Source: Hyphochytrium catenoides
Taxonomy: Eukaryota; Protista; Hyphochytriomycota
Direction of reading: 5' to 3'
Assembly (NCBI GenBank): GCA_900088475.1
Contig: FLMG01000549.1
Location: 1-64,000 of the forward strand
Length of the DNA: 64,000 nucleotides
Of this stretch, positions 62,068-64,000 are shown piece after piece. The position numbers were made by a program, and so were the translations under genes. Within the stretch, counting starts at the first letter, position 1. Each line of letters opens with the position of its first letter. The notes under the pieces were generated by a model that saw only the letters and a program-made list of their open reading frames with translations, was not told the origin of the DNA and ran no database searches.

Positions 62068-63541
62068 ATGGTACTTTCCGGTTTAAAGATCAAAAAGAAG
62101 ACGATTCTGGATGCGGAGGGAAAGCCAGTGGAGGTAGCGGCGAAGGCAAAGCTCGTTAAGAGCAAGAGTCGGCTGAAAAGCGGGTAAGCACTTTGGTACG
62201 ACGACATAAGCTACTAGAGCGTTAAAAATAGTGTCACTTGCTTAGCGGCAAGAAAAAGCTGAAAGCGAGGACAGTCAGACTGCAGAAGAAGAAGGAGACA
62301 CAACTTGTGGAGGACGTAAAGAGCGCTCTAGTGCTCAGAGGCAATAAGACTTCCCAAACAATTAATGAAGTTCTCAAAGACCTGGTAAGCCAAGTCTCCG
62401 GGGCCCTGTCTGCCACCTCATTTCTTGCGCAGTGCTGATCAATTTACCTGCAGAAGCTACTTAAGGCACCGGATGCGAAGATCTTGCAGAAGAAGAACGA
62501 CATTCATGCATTTGAAGATGAGAATTCACTTGAGTTCCTAACGACTAAGAATGAATGCCCTCTCTTTCTTATCGGGAGCCACACGAAGAAGCGACCTGAC
62601 AATCTGATAATGGTACGTGTGCATACGAGCCTACGCAAGTGCAGACGTCATGCATTCACTGACTGTTCACGCTTAGGGGCGCACGTACGATGGTCATATT
62701 CTAGACATGATCGAGTTTGGAGTAGACAAGGCAGTTTCAATCGCAGAGCTGAAGGTATGTGACGGCCAACAAGTATCCCGAAAGAGCTGTGGTGCGCTGA
62801 CGCTCCTGCCTAAAGGGCAAGACAAAGCAAGTGGGGTCCAAGCCATGCTTTATCTTCCAGGGAGATGATTGGGAGCGAGATGAGACCTTGAAGAAGGCCA
62901 AGAACATGCTGTTAGGTACGTCATCGTCTGGCATTAAGCTGTCGTTCTAGCTGCAGCCATAGGACATGCTATCTTGGCCTTCTATGCCTTGCTTCGTTCG
63001 GGGCTTTTATACGTCTGCTGAGCCTCACGCCCAACTTGTTACCACATCCAATAGATTTTTTCCGGGGAACTGTTGTCAGCGCTATCAACCTCGCGGGCTT
63101 AGATCACGTCGTCTGTTGCACCTCCGCCAATAGCAAGATTCTTCTCCGGTGCTATGCTATTCATTTCAAAANNNNNNNNNNNNNNNNNNNNNNNNNNNNN
63201 NNNNNNNNNNNNNNNNNNNNNNNNNNNNNNNNNNNNNNNNNNNNNGAGGTTTGCTGCGACAGACTTGCTCAAGGAGGCTCTGCGAAAGCCAAAGGGGTAA
63301 GTCGGAGCTGGTGTGGAGTTCCGTTCACTGCCGACTTTCTTATATACTTTTCTGCAGCTTGGCACCGAAAAAAGTCAAGAACATCACTAGAGACGAGCTT
63401 TCTGGTGACAAGTTTGGTCGCATCCACATGGAGAAACAAGATCTGAGCACCATGCAAGTGAAACGAATGAAGGCTTTGCGAGCTTCAAAAGATAAGGAGG
63501 CGCAGAAAGGTAGTAAGGTCGCAGAAAGCACCGCAGACTAA
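62068..63541 (+). CDS. RPF2: Ribosome production factor 2 (Brix domain); N gap 63172-63245
   Basis: KKNDIHAFEDENSLEFLTTKNECPLFLIGSHTKKRPDNLIMGRTYDGHILDMIEFG; GSKP; DFFRG; GDKFGRIHMEKQDLSTMQVKRMKAL. Confidence 0.96.
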
Positions 63542-63697
63542 CCGACCTATCATTATTTTGCCACTTAGCTCTATCGCTCATGTACACATACCAGCAATGT
63601 AAGTAATGAGAAGAAGCGTTATCTGAAACCAGCACTAGCTAGAAGGTCCACATTCTATTGTATATCTCTCGGTCCCGATGTTCGTTACAAGGTTACT

Positions 63698-64000
63698 TCA
63701 AGCCACTGGCTCCTCTGCCTGTTCTGGAGCATCAGGGGACTCTACTTTGCCACTCACTGGTGCATTAATGTCTGCTTGTGGCGAATCCTCGTTCTGCTGA
63801 TTGTTGGCAGGGAGTCCCTCATTTTGATTTTCAATGAAGTAACGCACGTCTGCCAAGATAAGAGTCTTTTCCTGGTCCGTGGTCAAACCGTACATTCTCT
63901 CGAGAACACTCAGCTGATAGCCCTTTAGTCAGTCATCATCCGTCATTTAACGCGGAGTACATAAGTCACCGTACCTTGGACTCCAGGGGCAGTCGATTGT
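63698..64000 (-). CDS. 3' end of an unidentified gene running in from the window edge
   Basis: ..RLPLESK|GYQLSVLERMYGLTTDQEKTLILADVRYFIE..EEPVA* through a GT-AG intron. Confidence 0.6.

Noticed and set aside
634-63541. Alternative genetic code or non-canonical introns
   Set aside because: Every junction I reconstructed resolves as GT-AG with standard stops; donors are merely degenerate beyond GT. Not every intron in the NTT middle region was checked.

Overview
Gene-dense, intron-rich eukaryotic nuclear DNA. I saw no prokaryotic operons, CRISPR arrays, tRNA or rRNA genes. Every intron I reconstructed is GT-AG, often with a CTGAC/CTAAC branch point, and all spliced models use the standard code. 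The START-FYVE architecture, PDZ-like repeats, CCDC13/UNC119 ciliary genes and CYP51 suggest a flagellated, sterol-making stramenopile-like protist (inference). About 19 genes were reconstructed by hand: UNC119, a mitochondrial GCK/Mia40-like protein, START-FYVE-PUB, CYP51, an ABHD1/3-like hydrolase, codanin-1, DES1 desaturase, RING-H2, CCDC13, RPS12, a probable TSET subunit TSAUCER, a PH protein, a twin-PDZ-like protein, a large NTT(Tlc)-HEAT-2x cNMP-binding-domain transporter, UBIAD1/MenA, a class I sirtuin, RPF2 and one truncated gene. Several decayed intergenic islands and small repeats lie between them. The most notable item is the intron-rich, bacterial-type NTT-HEAT-cNBD fusion, in which both cyclic-nucleotide pockets are degenerate. 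Next are the START-FYVE-PUB architecture, the GCK protein with paired loss of its inner disulfide cysteines, and a 50-bp-period hairpin array. All family assignments come from remembered motifs, not database searches.
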